Source of the DNA: Emiliania huxleyi CCMP1516
Taxonomy: Eukaryota
NCBI RefSeq assembly: GCF_000372725.1
Contig: NW_005201277.1
Coordinates: 72,347 to 136,346, forward strand
Direction of reading: 5' to 3'
DNA length: 64,000 nucleotides
Numbering within the stretch: the stretch's first letter is position 1; every line of letters begins with the position of its first letter. Shown piece after piece: positions 36,243 through 48,250 of the stretch. A program made the translations under genes and the position numbers. The notes beneath the pieces were generated by a model, which made no database searches, had not been told where the DNA came from, and worked only from the letters and a program-made list of their open reading frames with translations.

Positions 36243-37389
36243 TCACGCAAAATTGAACCAGCCCGTCATGATGCGCTTCTCCTGCGTCGGCGACGAGACG
36301 CCGCGGTGCATGAAGGTCCAGTCGGACGGCCAGACGAGCGTCAGGCCCTTCTTGGGCTGTATCGTCACGTTTTGGTGGAAGAACTGCGTGCCTGCGGCAG
36401 ACACGTCTCGGACGCGTCATGGACGTGTGAGTGGACGTGTCGGGCCGGCGGGCACCACTGCGTGCCCCCCTCGTCGCTCACGTCGTTCAGGTACGTCATG
36501 AACACCAGGTGCCGCGACGCACCTGTTCACAGCCGGAGGTGTGAAGAGACGCCGCCCACAGGCCGACGGCATGAAGAGACCAGGCGCCGCGACGCACCTG
36601 TTCACAGCCGGAGGTGTGAAGAGACACCGCCCACAGGCCGACGGCATGGAGAGACCAGGCGCCGCGACGCACCCGGCTCCATCCGGCCGTTCCTCTCCGT
36701 GTGGTAGATCTTATACCCGCCCCCGGGCGGGTAGTACTGGTAGTTGGTCGTGCACGAGAGGCCCCAGGGCGAGACGTGGTTGGCCGCGTACGGGTACCTC
36801 GCCGTGTACTTCATCGTGCACGCCTGGAGCGCCGTCACGTACCTCCGCCACTCGATCCGAGCGTCGTCTGGCTGGAAGGAGTACTCCAGCGACTCTTTGG
36901 AGGTCGGGTCAATGACCGCGCGCCCGTCTCTGCCCACGACGCCGGGCGCCAGCGCACCCGGGTCCTTCTCGAAGAGTGCGACGAGGCCGTCGCACACGCT
37001 CTCGTCCTCGATCAGGTAGGCGCCCATAAACATCGTGTTGACTCCCTCGCCCGAGGGAAGCGCGTGCTCCGAGATCCGGAAGCTCTCGCTCACCGTCGCG
37101 AGCGGCGGCGGTGCAGACGGCCTGGGCGCGGGCTTGGAGGCGCCGAAACCGCCGCCGCCTGAGTCAGGAGGGAGGACAGCATCAGCCTCGCTGTGTTTGG
37201 TGGGGAGGGAGGCGAGGCGAGCCCAGCGCGGCCGGCGCCTGCCTTCTTTCTACTTTTTGTGGCCTTCTTCGTCTGCGCCAACCGCGCCTCGGCTCGGCTC
37301 GAGCTCCGCGAAGCTGCAAGCGGCCGGAAGGCGGCGGTGTTGCTATGGAGGAGCGCGACCGCGATCAGGCTAGACGCCAGGGCGATCAT
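36243..37389 (-). CDS. 2-oxoglutarate/Fe(II)-dependent oxygenase (prolyl-hydroxylase-like) with N-terminal targeting peptide
   Basis: NYQYYPPGGGYKIYHTER (HxE), RHLVFMTYLNDV..EGGT.F, PKKGLTLVWPSDWTFMHRG, EKRIMTGW. Introns 37159-37238 (GC), 36523-36672 and about 36393-36463. Confidence 0.9.
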
Positions 37390-37601
37390 GGCGAGGGCGA
37401 GCTCGGGCTGGCTGCAGCGAGGCGCAGCGCGTTTCTTTTTGTGTATTTTAAGAAAAATCTGTGAACCGCGGTTGATCGCGGCGCCGACGCCGCGGCGGCG
37501 CCATCTCGCGCGGCGAGAGACGGCGCTGCATCGGCGCCAAAACAAACGGCCGCGGCAGCAAAAACATCGACGTTCGCTTCTGCTTCTCGTCGAGTCTTGA
37601 G

Positions 37602-37938
37602 AGAGAGAGAATTCTTGATACGAAACCACGACGACACACACCAGTCGACTCGCATCGGTTGCCTCCATGAACGGCGGAGCTATTCTCGCGCCCACACCAC
37701 ACCTGGCTCCAACGTGGACACGCCCATAGCTGGGGACACTACTAGGTCACGCATGGCATCACAGAAGTTTTATCTCTGGGCCCCGAAAGGCATCTCTAGC
37801 AGTGTCGTTACACATGCCCCCTCCCCTCCTGGGCGCATGCGCCTCACGTCTCGCCAGAGCATAAGCCCTTGGCGTGTGGCGAGACGAGTTTTTTCGCCAT
37901 CGCAGCGAGCAGCAAGCCGCTCTCTCTCTCTCTCTCTC
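37602..37938 (-). mobile_element. SINE-like/5'-truncated retroposon with 17-bp TSD
   Basis: TSD TCTCGTCGAGTCTTGAG at 37585-37601 and 37939-37955. About 310 bp is shared with 57252-57559. Confidence 0.85.
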
Positions 37939-38425
37939 TCTCGTCGAGTCTTGAGGACCAGTGAGCCAACGCCTCGCGTGCGCACTTTGTGATTTATGAT
38001 TGTTCATGACAGATTTTTTCAGTAAAAAAGAATTGTCAGTCCCCTTTCTCCCGGCTGGGGGGTGGGGCGCGCGCGGGGGCGGCGGGTGTGTGCGGGTGTC
38101 TGTGGGCCCGTGAGCGATGTGCGTGTGTCCGCCTTGCGTTTGTTTTCATTCGGCCCGGGGGGAGGGCCGGGTAGGAGGGGGCTAGGTTACCTCTACCTCT
38201 GAGGGCCTGCGGCCCTCTTACCTTTACCTCTGGTCAGCCGTGGGCGCCCTTTACCTCTACCTCTGAGCGACATAGCCGTGATTTACCTGTGTGCGTGATC
38301 TCGCCTCGAGGATCTCTCTCGCGCGAGAGGCGAGTGTAGATCTATTTCTCGACGTGGTCACGAAGTGATCTCGAGATGTTGAACGAGTGTTTCTGAGAGC
38401 CGCTTAGGTGAGCCTGGCAGACATT

Positions 38426-39130
38426 TCAAAAAATGGACGCCGCAGGCGCCCCGCGCTGCGTGCCCACCATGGAGCTGAGATCCGTTAGGAGCTTTGTGAG
38501 GATGTCGATGTACTTGCCCATCTCCGACGTGTAGAAGCCATAGGAGAAGGAAGGGACGTAGCCGTCGCTGTCGCTCATCGTCGATCCTCCAGTCAGAGCG
38601 GACACGGAGCCGACGTGGGCGGCCAGGGCTCGGACCAGCGGCGTACCGGCTGCGTAGGGCATGTAGGCGCCGCAACTCCCACTCGAGGCGGTCTCCAGAC
38701 GGCGGCGGTCGTCGTGCGGATGGTTGTGGCAGCACTTGAGTCCGGGGCGGTCGCTGCATGCGGCACAGATTGCAGCCTTGGCAGCCTCGGGCGCGGGCGT
38801 GTCGTAATCGGCAGGGATGAACTCGCTGCTTTCGTTCCAGAGGCCGTGCCCCTCGGTGACGTTGCGGGGCAACGCGCACGTTTCCGGGCAAACGCGAAGC
38901 ACCTGAGAGGGGCGAGTAACAACTCAGCAAGTCTATACTCTATTCCCGCCCCTTGTGCATTCAGCTGAGGGTGGGCGGACCTCTGCGACGCAACTTTCTG
39001 GGCACGGCTCCTTCCCAACACGGCAGAGTCCGAAGCCTTTCGCGTGCTCGCACGTTGGAACAAAGCCCTGGTCACAAGGCGACGGCGGTGGCAGCGGGGG
39101 TGGCGCCGGTGGCGGCATCGGGTCGTCCAT
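38426..39130 (-). CDS. Small Cys-rich protein (ShK-like CPETC motif), two exons
   Basis: MDDP...CEHAKGFGLC...CPESCVAE spliced (GT..AG, about 38903-38980) to VLRVCPETC...CAACSD..CC. Confidence 0.5.
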
Positions 39131-39284
39131 GAACGGCGCAAAGAGCGGGCGACGGCTACTGGAAGAGGCACCGCGCGTCACGTTCCTCGCATGCCGCGTG
39201 TGGCTCGCATTGACAGGCCGCACACACAGACACACACACCACATCCATCCGAGACACAGTACGGGACCCTTCCCAAGAGACATG

Positions 39285-41049
39285 CCGCTCTCTGGCAATC
39301 TCGCGATTGTCGATCAAAACCGGCGGGCTTTTCGACGCCGTTTACGCGACCGGCTTGTGCTGCGCTTTTTCTTTTTCTTCTGGTTTTCTTTTTCTTTTTT
39401 TGAGCTAGACTTCGTTGTTACTTGGAACAAGCGAAGGCACACACGACATGACGCCAAACACACGATTGCACGCACCGCACCGCACCTCGCACCCGCGCCC
39501 GCCGCCCCCCCGACCCCCGCCCCGCCTAGGTGGGAAAGAGATGAGGAGATGGGACAGCGAAGGAGGAGCACAAGCACGTATGGGAGGGCTCAGTAATGCG
39601 CCACGCTGCCCGGCGTTTCTCACTTTCCGGGACAGCCCCGCCCTTGTGAGGCAGGAAAGTGACGGCTACCCCGTACGCCCTGTTGCTTCTACCCCGACGC
39701 CGACCGCCCATCCCCCCTCCTCGTTCCCCCCCCGGCGAGCCGATGATCGTCGAGCCTCTGCCCCGCGCGCCCCCGAGCCCCCCCCCCCCCCCACCACCAC
39801 CACCACCACCACACACACACAACAACCACCGCCGCCGCGCGAGCGCCGCGCGGCGGCACACCCAGCTCAAAAGAAAAAGAAAAAAGGGAATGAGGAGACC
39901 AGCGAGGGAGACTCCCCGCCTATGCAAGCCCCAGAGAGGGGCCGCCATCGCCGAAGCTGTGCCAAAGCATAACTCCAAAACCCGCAGCGGCCCAGGGGGC
40001 CTTGGGGGCAGCCTGCCGGACCGCCGCTGCACGGGGCTAGGCACCAGAAGATGAGTGGAATTGATGAATTGGGCCGTTGTCCGTGCCTCCCCTCTATACG
40101 TCAGAGTGGGACCTACGCCGCGCCGGGAAAGGGGCGCGCCCGGTCCTCGACGGAGCCGCGCGCCCCAAACGACCCAGGCGGCGAGTAGTCGACCTCGAAC
40201 CTTCGACATGTAGTTGCCCATAGTTAGCGCCCGCCCGCCCCCCCCTCTGTCGCTTCGCAAACGAAAAAACAAAATAAAACCAAGCAAAAGAGAAAGCGAG
40301 GCCAAAAAAACGATTGCGTAAACGGCGTCACAAAGCCCGCCGGTTTTGATCGACAATCGTGAGATTGACCGCCGTCGACCAGAGAATGGCAGACGATGCG
40401 TCAGCTTGTGCGGCGCTCGCGCCGCGCAGGCTGGCCCATCGAGGGCACTCTCTGGCGCTGTCCGGGCCAAGCGCGGCGCCGCGCATGCTGCGGGCCACTC
40501 GCCGTGGCTTGCGGTGCAGCGCCACTGCAGCCTCGAAAACGTCGCGCACAGCACCAGCATGCTGCCCACCAGGCAGCAGAGTGCTGCACCGGCGTGCAGC
40601 GGATGCTGCGGCGCTGCGACGCCGCCTCCCCGCCCTGTCCACGGAGCAGGCGAGCGGCGGCACGGCCTTCCACCAGCTGCAGGAGGTGCGCACTTCCCGG
40701 TGGAAGCACAGGATGCTCCCTCCGCATACGCAGCTTTGCGCAGCGCAGCGTACGGGCCACGCCACGCAAAGCCGACCCTCAGTCTGCCCAAGAGGCTGTC
40801 TGCGGAAGGCCTGGCGGCACGTACTCGCCTCCTCCGCGGCCATACCCTCCGCCCGGGCGAGCGAGGAGCGGGGACACAACCATTTCTGGAATCGTGTGTC
40901 CCCGAAGGAAGATTTTTTTTCCGACGGAGGGGAGCGGGCGCTAACCACGGGCAACTACATGCCGGAGGTTCAACGACGAACGACTAACTACTCGCCGCCT
41001 GGGTCGTTTGGGGCGCGCGGCTCCGTCGAGGACCGGGCGCGCCCCTTTC
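39285..41049. repeat. Two interleaved inverted-repeat pairs
   Basis: About 39285-39350 is the reverse complement of about 40312-40390. About 40125-40253 is the reverse complement of about 40921-41049. Confidence 0.85.
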
Positions 41050-41226
41050 GACTCGCCGCTATGAGCCCCGCCCCTCCCCTCAGCAGAGCAGGCGTGAAAA
41101 AAATGCCGGATTTCACGCAAAAGAATTTAAACAAGAGAACTCTCTCTCACAAAAGACACTCTCTCCCTCGCTGTCTTGTGTGACTGCATACACGCCGTGT
41201 GAGTGTGAGTGTGAGTACACACACAC

Positions 41227-44200
41227 ATGCACGCCTCCCTGTTGCGAGCCGCTCTCGAGGAGACGGCGTGCAGCCTGCAGTGGCAGCCTTTTGCCTCGCT
41301 CCGCGGCGCAGAGGGTCGCTACACGGTGAACACAACGTCCGGCTTCATCCCGGACGGCTCCGAGATCGACCTAGTGCCCGAGAACCGCCACCTCTTTCGG
41401 GGCAGCACGCCGGCGCCACGGTCTGACGCGGAGGCGCTCGCACGGCGCGCGAGCGTGCTTCCTCGCGGCGAGCTGCTAGCCGGCGTGTGCACGAGCGCTG
41501 CCGCGCCCGATCCGGAGCAGGCCGACGACAGCTTTGCGTTTGGAGTGCACGGAGTAGACGGGCGTCCGTCAGGGCCCGGGCCAGACGCTTCGCTCGCCAT
41601 CGGCAGTGCGGGCGGGGAGAGCGACACCGGCGGCGGCGGCGGCGAGTGGCACACAGTCCGTGTCGGGCCGATGGAGTCGACCGGAGGGTTCGACTTTTGG
41701 TTCCTGGGGTGGGACGACTTTGCGGTGATCTCGGCATATCCCTCGTGCCATCTCGGGCGATCTCGTGCCATCTCGGGTGATCTCGGGCCATCTCGCCGTC
41801 GCGCAGGGGCTCAGTGAGCCGATCGCAGCACACGGCGCCGTCTGCGCCACGGGCGCGCTCATCACCCTGGTGCGAGATATGGGGAGATATGGGGAGATAT
41901 TGGGAGATATGGGGCGCGCTCATCACCCTGGTGCTCCCTTGATATACCCTAAGCTCCTCCGAGACCTCGCGAGCGGGCAGTTATTCACAGCGGGCAGTGT
42001 GGGATGGGCGGGGGTGGGCAGTGTGGGTTTCACACCCGGGGCAGGTAGGGGATCTAAAAGGCCAGTTGTGCGGCAGTGTGCGGGCAGTGTAGTACGGCAG
42101 GGCAGGGCAGGGCAGGGCAGGGCATACTACTTAGAGAGGCGGAGACACACTCTGACCAGCCACACTGCGGTACGGGTGGGGTGCAAGAGAGGCGGAGGGA
42201 ACTGTCACACGGGAGCGGCACACAGACACAACGAGCAGCCTTGAACTCTTCCCCCGTGCGTGGACTGTGGGCTCCAACTGGGCTGCCAGGTGGACGAGGC
42301 CGGGCGCCCGATCGGCCAGCCGCCGCTGCACATCCACCATGCCTTTCTCAACCTCGAGAGCAGCGGCAGCCGGCACCACACCACCGACACGCGCGCCTGC
42401 CTCCTGCTCGGCCGGCGCTGCCCTGGAGGGGCGGCGATGTTTGCTGGTGCGGCCGACTTCGAGCAGCTGCAGCGCGTCTTCTCGATGCGCCTCACCGTGG
42501 AGGAGCCTCTGAACGCGCGCGCCATGGTCAATGACGCCCGGCCGCGCGGGTCGGCGCCAATGCGGTGGTACGTCCAGCTGTCGCTACGCACGTCCGCCGG
42601 CCGCTGCGAGGCGCGAATATCTCCCCACATCTCCCATATCTCCCCCATATCTCCCCATATCTCGCAGCCGCTCGACGTCCTCGTCTCCTAGACACGGAAC
42701 ATCTCCCCACATCTCCCGTATCTCCCCCTTATCTCCCCATAGGACGCGCACTCCGTCGTGTCGGTCTTCCACCCCGGGCTGCTCTCCAAGTTCACCACGC
42801 TGCAGGTGCCCGCATGCCGACACGCACGTCCCACCCGCAGCACACATACTCAGGGGCGAGGGACGGCAGCACAACTCCTCGCCGCGGGGCTAGCACGGCG
42901 TGGCAAGCCGGCCGGCGGGCACCGACACCCTCCCGGACCTCCCCATATCTCCCCATATCTCCCCGGATCTTCCCATATCTCCCCATATCACCGGCGGACT
43001 TCGACCGACACCCGCCCGGATCTCCCCATATCTCCCCATATCACCAGAGGGGCTTCGACCGACACACCGCCCGGACCGGTGACACTAAATGGCAGCGGAG
43101 TTGCGCGTGTCTACTGCAGGTGCGAGATATGGTGAGATATGGGGAGATATGGCGTCTACTACAGGTGCCCGCCACCGAGGACTCCTTCTACTACTACACC
43201 TTCCGCCTCCCGTTTTCGGGCTCGCTGCTGCCCCCCGGCAGGGAGCGCGAGGCGCCGCCGATGCTGCACACGCCCCCCTCCCCCCCCGGCCTTCATTATA
43301 GCTCATTATAGTTCTTCTTCTTCTTCTTGATTTCGTAGGCGCCGCCCATGCTGCACACGCACCCCGGCCTTCATTGTAGCTCGTTCTAGTTCTTCGTCTT
43401 CTTCTTCTGAGTTCGTAGGCGCCGTCGATGCTGCACACGCACCCGGCCTTTCTTCAGCGTGTCTTCCTTCTCAACGGCTCGCCGTCCTAGAAGCGGAGTA
43501 CCTCCCCATATCTCCCCATATCTCCCCATATCTCCCCATATCTCCCCATATCTCCCCATATCTCCCCATATCTCCCCATATCTCCCCATATCTCGCGCCT
43601 AGAAGCGGAGTACGCACTCTTGTCTCCCAGCCAGCGCCCGAGAGGACACGGACTCAGCTGCACTCGGCCGTGGCCCGCGGTCTTCCCTGCATTCGCCTCC
43701 CTCGTATCCACGCGGTGCCCTTGAGTACACCGCGCACAGCCGCCCCGAGGCTGGCGTATGCGAAGCGAAGGCACCCCGTCGCAGCTCGCCCTCCCCGCGC
43801 TACCCCCGTTTTGCTCGTGGCTCGGAATCGGCGGCCGCGACTGCACGCTGCCGCCCACCGCCGCCGCGGCCACCTCCAACGCGCGACTCGCTGCGGCGGC
43901 GGAGCGGCGCTTCCAGCCGTGCCGCCAGCGGCCGCGCTCGTCTGCCATGCCGCGCGTGGGCGAGCTCGCTTGCGACGCGTGGTCCTTTGAGCGCGGGGAC
44001 GCGGTCACGCTGCTCGCTCTCTTCGGGCCAGGCAACACGAGCGGGTGGAGGGGCATGGCGGCGTGGGTGCCGCCGGGGTGTGAACGGCGTCTCTTCACAG
44101 CGGCAGCTGTGAACAGGTGGAGGGGCATGGCGGCGTGGGCGCCGCCGGGGTTGAACGGCGTCTCGTCACAGCGGCAGCCGTGAACAGGTGGAGGGGCATG

Positions 44201-44464
44201 GCGGCGTGGGCGCCGCCGTCGCTGCTCCACGAGGCCAAGGCGGCGGAGGCGGACTTTTTGCGCAAGGGGGGGCGGGACGGGTTTGAGCGGGGGGGGTTCG
44301 GCTACCTAGAAGCGGAACACGCAGTCTTGTCTCCCAACCGGCGCTCGAGAGGGCACGCACTCCGCTGTACTCGGCCGTATTCCGCTGTGTGCCCTGTATT
44401 CGCCTCCGTTGTATTCATACGGTGCTCTGAATACGCTGCACACAGTACCGTCTTCCCGCCCTGA
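41227..44464 (+). CDS. Uncharacterised multi-exon protein with His-rich motifs, boundaries uncertain
   Basis: Exons with PPLHIHH, VNDARPRGSAPMRWYVQ, MLHTHP and CDAWSFERGDAVTL, separated by introns filled with (GGGGAGATAT)n/(ATATCTCCCC)n. Confidence 0.45.
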
Positions 44465-44798
44465 GGTTGGCGTCTTCAGCACGTAGGCTCTACTACCCCA
44501 GCCACGTCACCGTCTACCTGCGCGCGCGCGCCGCCGACGGCAGATCGCACTACCCCTTCCTCTGGGCGGGGCCCGACGGAGGCTGTGGCGGGGTGTGAAC
44601 GGCGTCGCTTCACAGCGGCAGCTGTGCACAGGCGGGCCCCGACGACGGCGCCTTCGAGCCAACCTTTTGGGCGCCGTCCGACGCGCTCGCGCTCGCGCTG
44701 CTCCCGTTCGCCCCGACCGGCGCCTTCCGCCTCCTCTCCTCGCGGCGCCTCTCGCTCACGCCGGCACTCGTCGCCCTCGTCGCCCTCACCGCCGCTCT

Positions 44799-44829
<31 letters not shown>

Positions 44830-45897
44830 ACTCCGCGCGTGCGGGCGCTCGCTCGGCGGGGGAGGGGCGGCGAGGGCGAGGTGCGCTTCTCCTTCTACCG
44901 CCCCTCCTCCTGGGCGGGAGGGCTGACCCACCCGCACTGGAGGGACCGCAAGAGCCTGCAGTAAGGCCCGAGGGGCGAGGGCGGTGGGGGCCCACCGAGG
45001 TGCGAGGTCACAACACTGAGAAGTGTAAGTGGCGCGCGTTTGCGGTGGCAGAGCGCTCCCTGTAGCTGTACGTAATAGCTAACTGTTAGAACTGTGCGTG
45101 ATGCGGCGTGAGTGTTACTGGCGGCGCGACCCTTGGGGGGGCGCTTGCGGCCCTGGAAGGGCGTTTCCGGGCGTTTGGTTCAGGTGGGTTTCCCCCCAGC
45201 GCCCAGGCATGACTTTCGTCTAAGGTTCCTATTTGTTTGTTTGGCACGCCCGCGACCGGACGCCGCTCTCTGCCGCCCTCCGCGGTGTGTGTGGTGGGCG
45301 TCCTGTAGGCGTCCTGCGACACCAGCATCTCCTGGTCTTCGACGGAGCGCTCCCCTCCGCGCGCCTTATGCGGCGGGGTGAAGTCGTAGCTCTCCGGTTT
45401 GTCCGTCGCGTTGGGCTGGTTTGTACTGGTTTGGTGGGGCTCATGCCCCCCGCACTCCCCGCAGGTGTATGTGGCTCACGTCGCGGCCGATCGTCGCGTA
45501 AATCCCCGGGCCCCTTGGGGCGGCATTTTTAAGTGTGTGTATGTGGGAGCATTTCTAGCCCAGACCTCGCACAACCCCCGGGCCCAGGTGGACCGCAAGT
45601 CCGCAACCGGGTCACATCAATTATAATGTTCGTTTTTTAGTCCCTTATCAGTAACACGTGATAAGCACGATCGTATGGATACCACAAGGCACAAGCCTCG
45701 CACCGATCCCTGACCGATCCCGCAACGCAACATACCTCGTGCCTGAACTTCAAGTTGCCCAACTTCCTTTGCAGACTCTCTAATGAGCCCAGCCGAGCTG
45801 CTGGTGTCCCAATTAGGGTGGGCGGTATCCCAAAGAGGCGCAGGCTCAGGCTCGGGCACAGGCACAGCCACAGGCACAGGCCCATCAGCCAGCGTCT

Positions 45898-46809
45898 CTA
45901 CCGCAGACGCTGGAATGACCTCATGCGAGCTGCAACCGTGCGGGCTGCAAGAGTCAAGCCGGACACTACACACTGGTGATCGTCTCCCTTCGGTTCGCAT
46001 TGGCGTTGTTGGTCTTTTATGTTGCCATTGCAAGGATACTGCTGGACAAATGGTGCAAGGTCGATCGTCGAGCTGCCGTATGATGGTGCCTGATGGCCAT
46101 AGTACCACGTCCACGATTGTAATTGTATCACAGCGCGCGAATACCTTCTCAAAATTTGATATGTGGCATTGTCTCGCCCTGTACTGCTTGGACTGGGCGC
46201 TGTCAAATCCACCCACCTACCTCCCTCAAGCCATCCATCATGATGTGCAGGCATAAATATGGCAAAGTCAAAAAGGGGCTCGTCGATTTCTGTGAGTATT
46301 TGATGCAATAATTCTGTCAGATTTGGCAGAGCGAGTGAATGTTGCAGATGAGCTTGGTTGATTATGCTGAAGCTTTGTACACCACGCCGATCTCGGCACC
46401 CCAAGACTCCTCCAGAGCGAGAAGTCGACTTAGACTGCTCGAGGTGTTCACAGCTAGACTCCGACGCGCAATGCCAATTTTGCATGATCTGATTCACGAA
46501 GCTTGGACCAAAGATCAGCACAGAGGAATTGTCTGGTATGAAAAGCCTATTGAGATCAAGTGGTACCGTTGACAGGTTGGATAAGTATGACGCATAGCGG
46601 GATGGAGCGGAAGTATTGCATGCCCATGGTGCACGACATCGGTCTGCAAGCTCATACCAAGTCTGGATGCTTGACAGCGTGGGGAGGTCGAGGAGGCGGG
46701 CGGGCGGCGGCGTGCTTGGCGAGGGCGCGGCGGTGGCGGCGGTGGCGGCGGTGGCGGCGGTGGCGGCGGTGGCGAGGCGGCTCGAGCGGCGGCGCGGCGG
46801 GGCAGACAT
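45898..46809 (-). CDS. Intronless protein with weak SGNH/PC-esterase-like motifs and lower GC than host genes
   Basis: Open for about 300 codons. VLIFGPSFVNQI resembles the GDS block and DDHQC resembles the C-terminal His block. Confidence 0.5.
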   Translation of the reverse strand: MSAPPRRRSSRLATAATAATAATAATAAPSPSTPPPARLLDLPTLSSIQTWYELADRCRAPWACNTSAPSRYASYLSNLSTVPLDLNRLFIPDNSSVLIFGPSFVNQIMQNWHCASESSCEHLEQSKSTSRSGGVLGCRDRRGVQSFSIINQAHLQHSLALPNLTELLHQILTEIDEPLFDFAIFMPAHHDGWLEGGRWVDLTAPSPSSTGRDNATYQILRRYSRAVIQLQSWTWYYGHQAPSYGSSTIDLAPFVQQYPCNGNIKDQQRQCEPKGDDHQCVVSGLTLAARTVAARMRSFQRLR

Positions 46810-47559
46810 CGCGAGAAGAAGAAATGCCGCCGCGCTCAACAGGCTGCGGGCAATGCTGCGGCAAAAAGCGCCTGCGGTCTGCTAGCAGTTTTGCTTTCGC
46901 CCGCGTGTTACGACAAGTTTCGGTTTATCATAGCCGCCGAACTTTCCCTCGCTGTTTCTTTATAGGTTGTTTTGTTTAAATTCTTTATAGGTGTCTCGCA
47001 GCTGCGTATTCTTGTATCATCGTCGAGTAGTGTAGGTATTGCGTGGCGGTACGTATTCCCGTATCACTGCTCCGAGTAGATAGAGGGGGCGTCGGCTGCT
47101 AAGGGGAAACCTGGTGCGCGCGCGTGGCCAACCCTCGGAGAGAGGTTGTGCGCGTGGTTTCGGCAGCCTCGGGCACAGCAGGCGTAAGCTCGGAGAGGTT
47201 GATGCGATGCGGACGCTGCCACCGCTGTGTGCCTGGGCAGCTGCAGGCGCTGCCGCACTGATTACGGCTCTGCTGCTGTCTGTCTCGGCTGCTCGGCCAC
47301 GCCCAGCGGCAGACGTGTCCACGCTTTTTCGCGCCACAGTAGGGGCAGAGCGAACGGTCTGGATGCAGCCCGCTGCCCTCGGCCCGGTGGCGAAAGGACA
47401 TTTGGCCCAGTAGGGCGCCGGCTCCCCAGCGTAGAGGGCGTGGTGTACCGGGTAGGGCTACCACGCTTCTTTCGCGCCAGTCCCGTCGCGAGGGAGTTCT
47501 TCCACCGGTGCTAGTTCGTGCCAGTCTGCTGTGAGAGGGGCTTGTGTTTCTAGAATTCT

Positions 47560-47960
47560 TCCACCAACCTCAACCTCTGCCACAACAAGATCCGCGACGA
47601 GGGCGCCGCTGCGATCGCCGAGGAGCGGAGGAGGCAGCCCTCGGCATCGTCCGTGTCGAGCGGCAGCGCAACATGCTGACCTCGCTGGGCTTGGCTTGCT
47701 GCAGCATTGGCACGACTGGCGCTGCAGAGATCGCCGAGTACATGTCGGGCAGCGAGGCGGTGACCACCCTCGACATCGGCATGAATCTCATCTTCGCTGA
47801 GGGCGCCAAGGCGATCGGCGAGGCGCTCAAGGTCAATGAGGTGTGTATGAATCGCGCGCCTTGCGGGGGGGGCAGGTGCTAAAGTCGCTCAACCTCAGCG
47901 ACAACAGGAGTGGCCCCGAGGGCGCCAAGGCGCTCGGCGGCGCCCTCGCGGTTAACGCTT
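47560..47960 (+). pseudogene. NLRC3/RNI-like leucine-rich-repeat gene fragment
   Basis: NLCHNKIRDEGAAAIAE, LTSLGLACCSIGTTGAAEIAE, LDIGMNLIFAEGAKAIGEALKVN and LKSLNLSDNRSGPEGAKALG. Frameshifted and truncated. Confidence 0.75.
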
Positions 47961-47994
47961 GGTCAGCGGCACGGCGTCGCGTCTGGGCCACGGT

Positions 47995-48130
47995 GTGGCG
48001 GCGCACCTCAAACTCGTCCGCGACGCCGTCCCGCACGAAAAAGAGGGTCGGGTACCCCTTGACGTCGAGGCGCGTCGCCACGTCCTCGGCGACGGTCCCG
48101 TCGACCTTGATCAGCGGCACCCGCCCGCCG
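47995..48130 (-). pseudogene. Thioredoxin/PDI-domain gene fragment
   Basis: LIKVDGTVAEDVATRLDVKGYPTLFFVRDG is present but the CxxC half is missing. Confidence 0.65.
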
Positions 48131-48250
48131 CCCGAGCAAAGCCGCCGCAGCGTCGTACTCGGGAAGGAGGGCTCGGGAGTGACGCAAGCGCGCCAGCAAA
48201 CTTCGCGGCGGTTTTTCTTCTTCCTCACTTGAGAATTCTTCCTCACTTTA

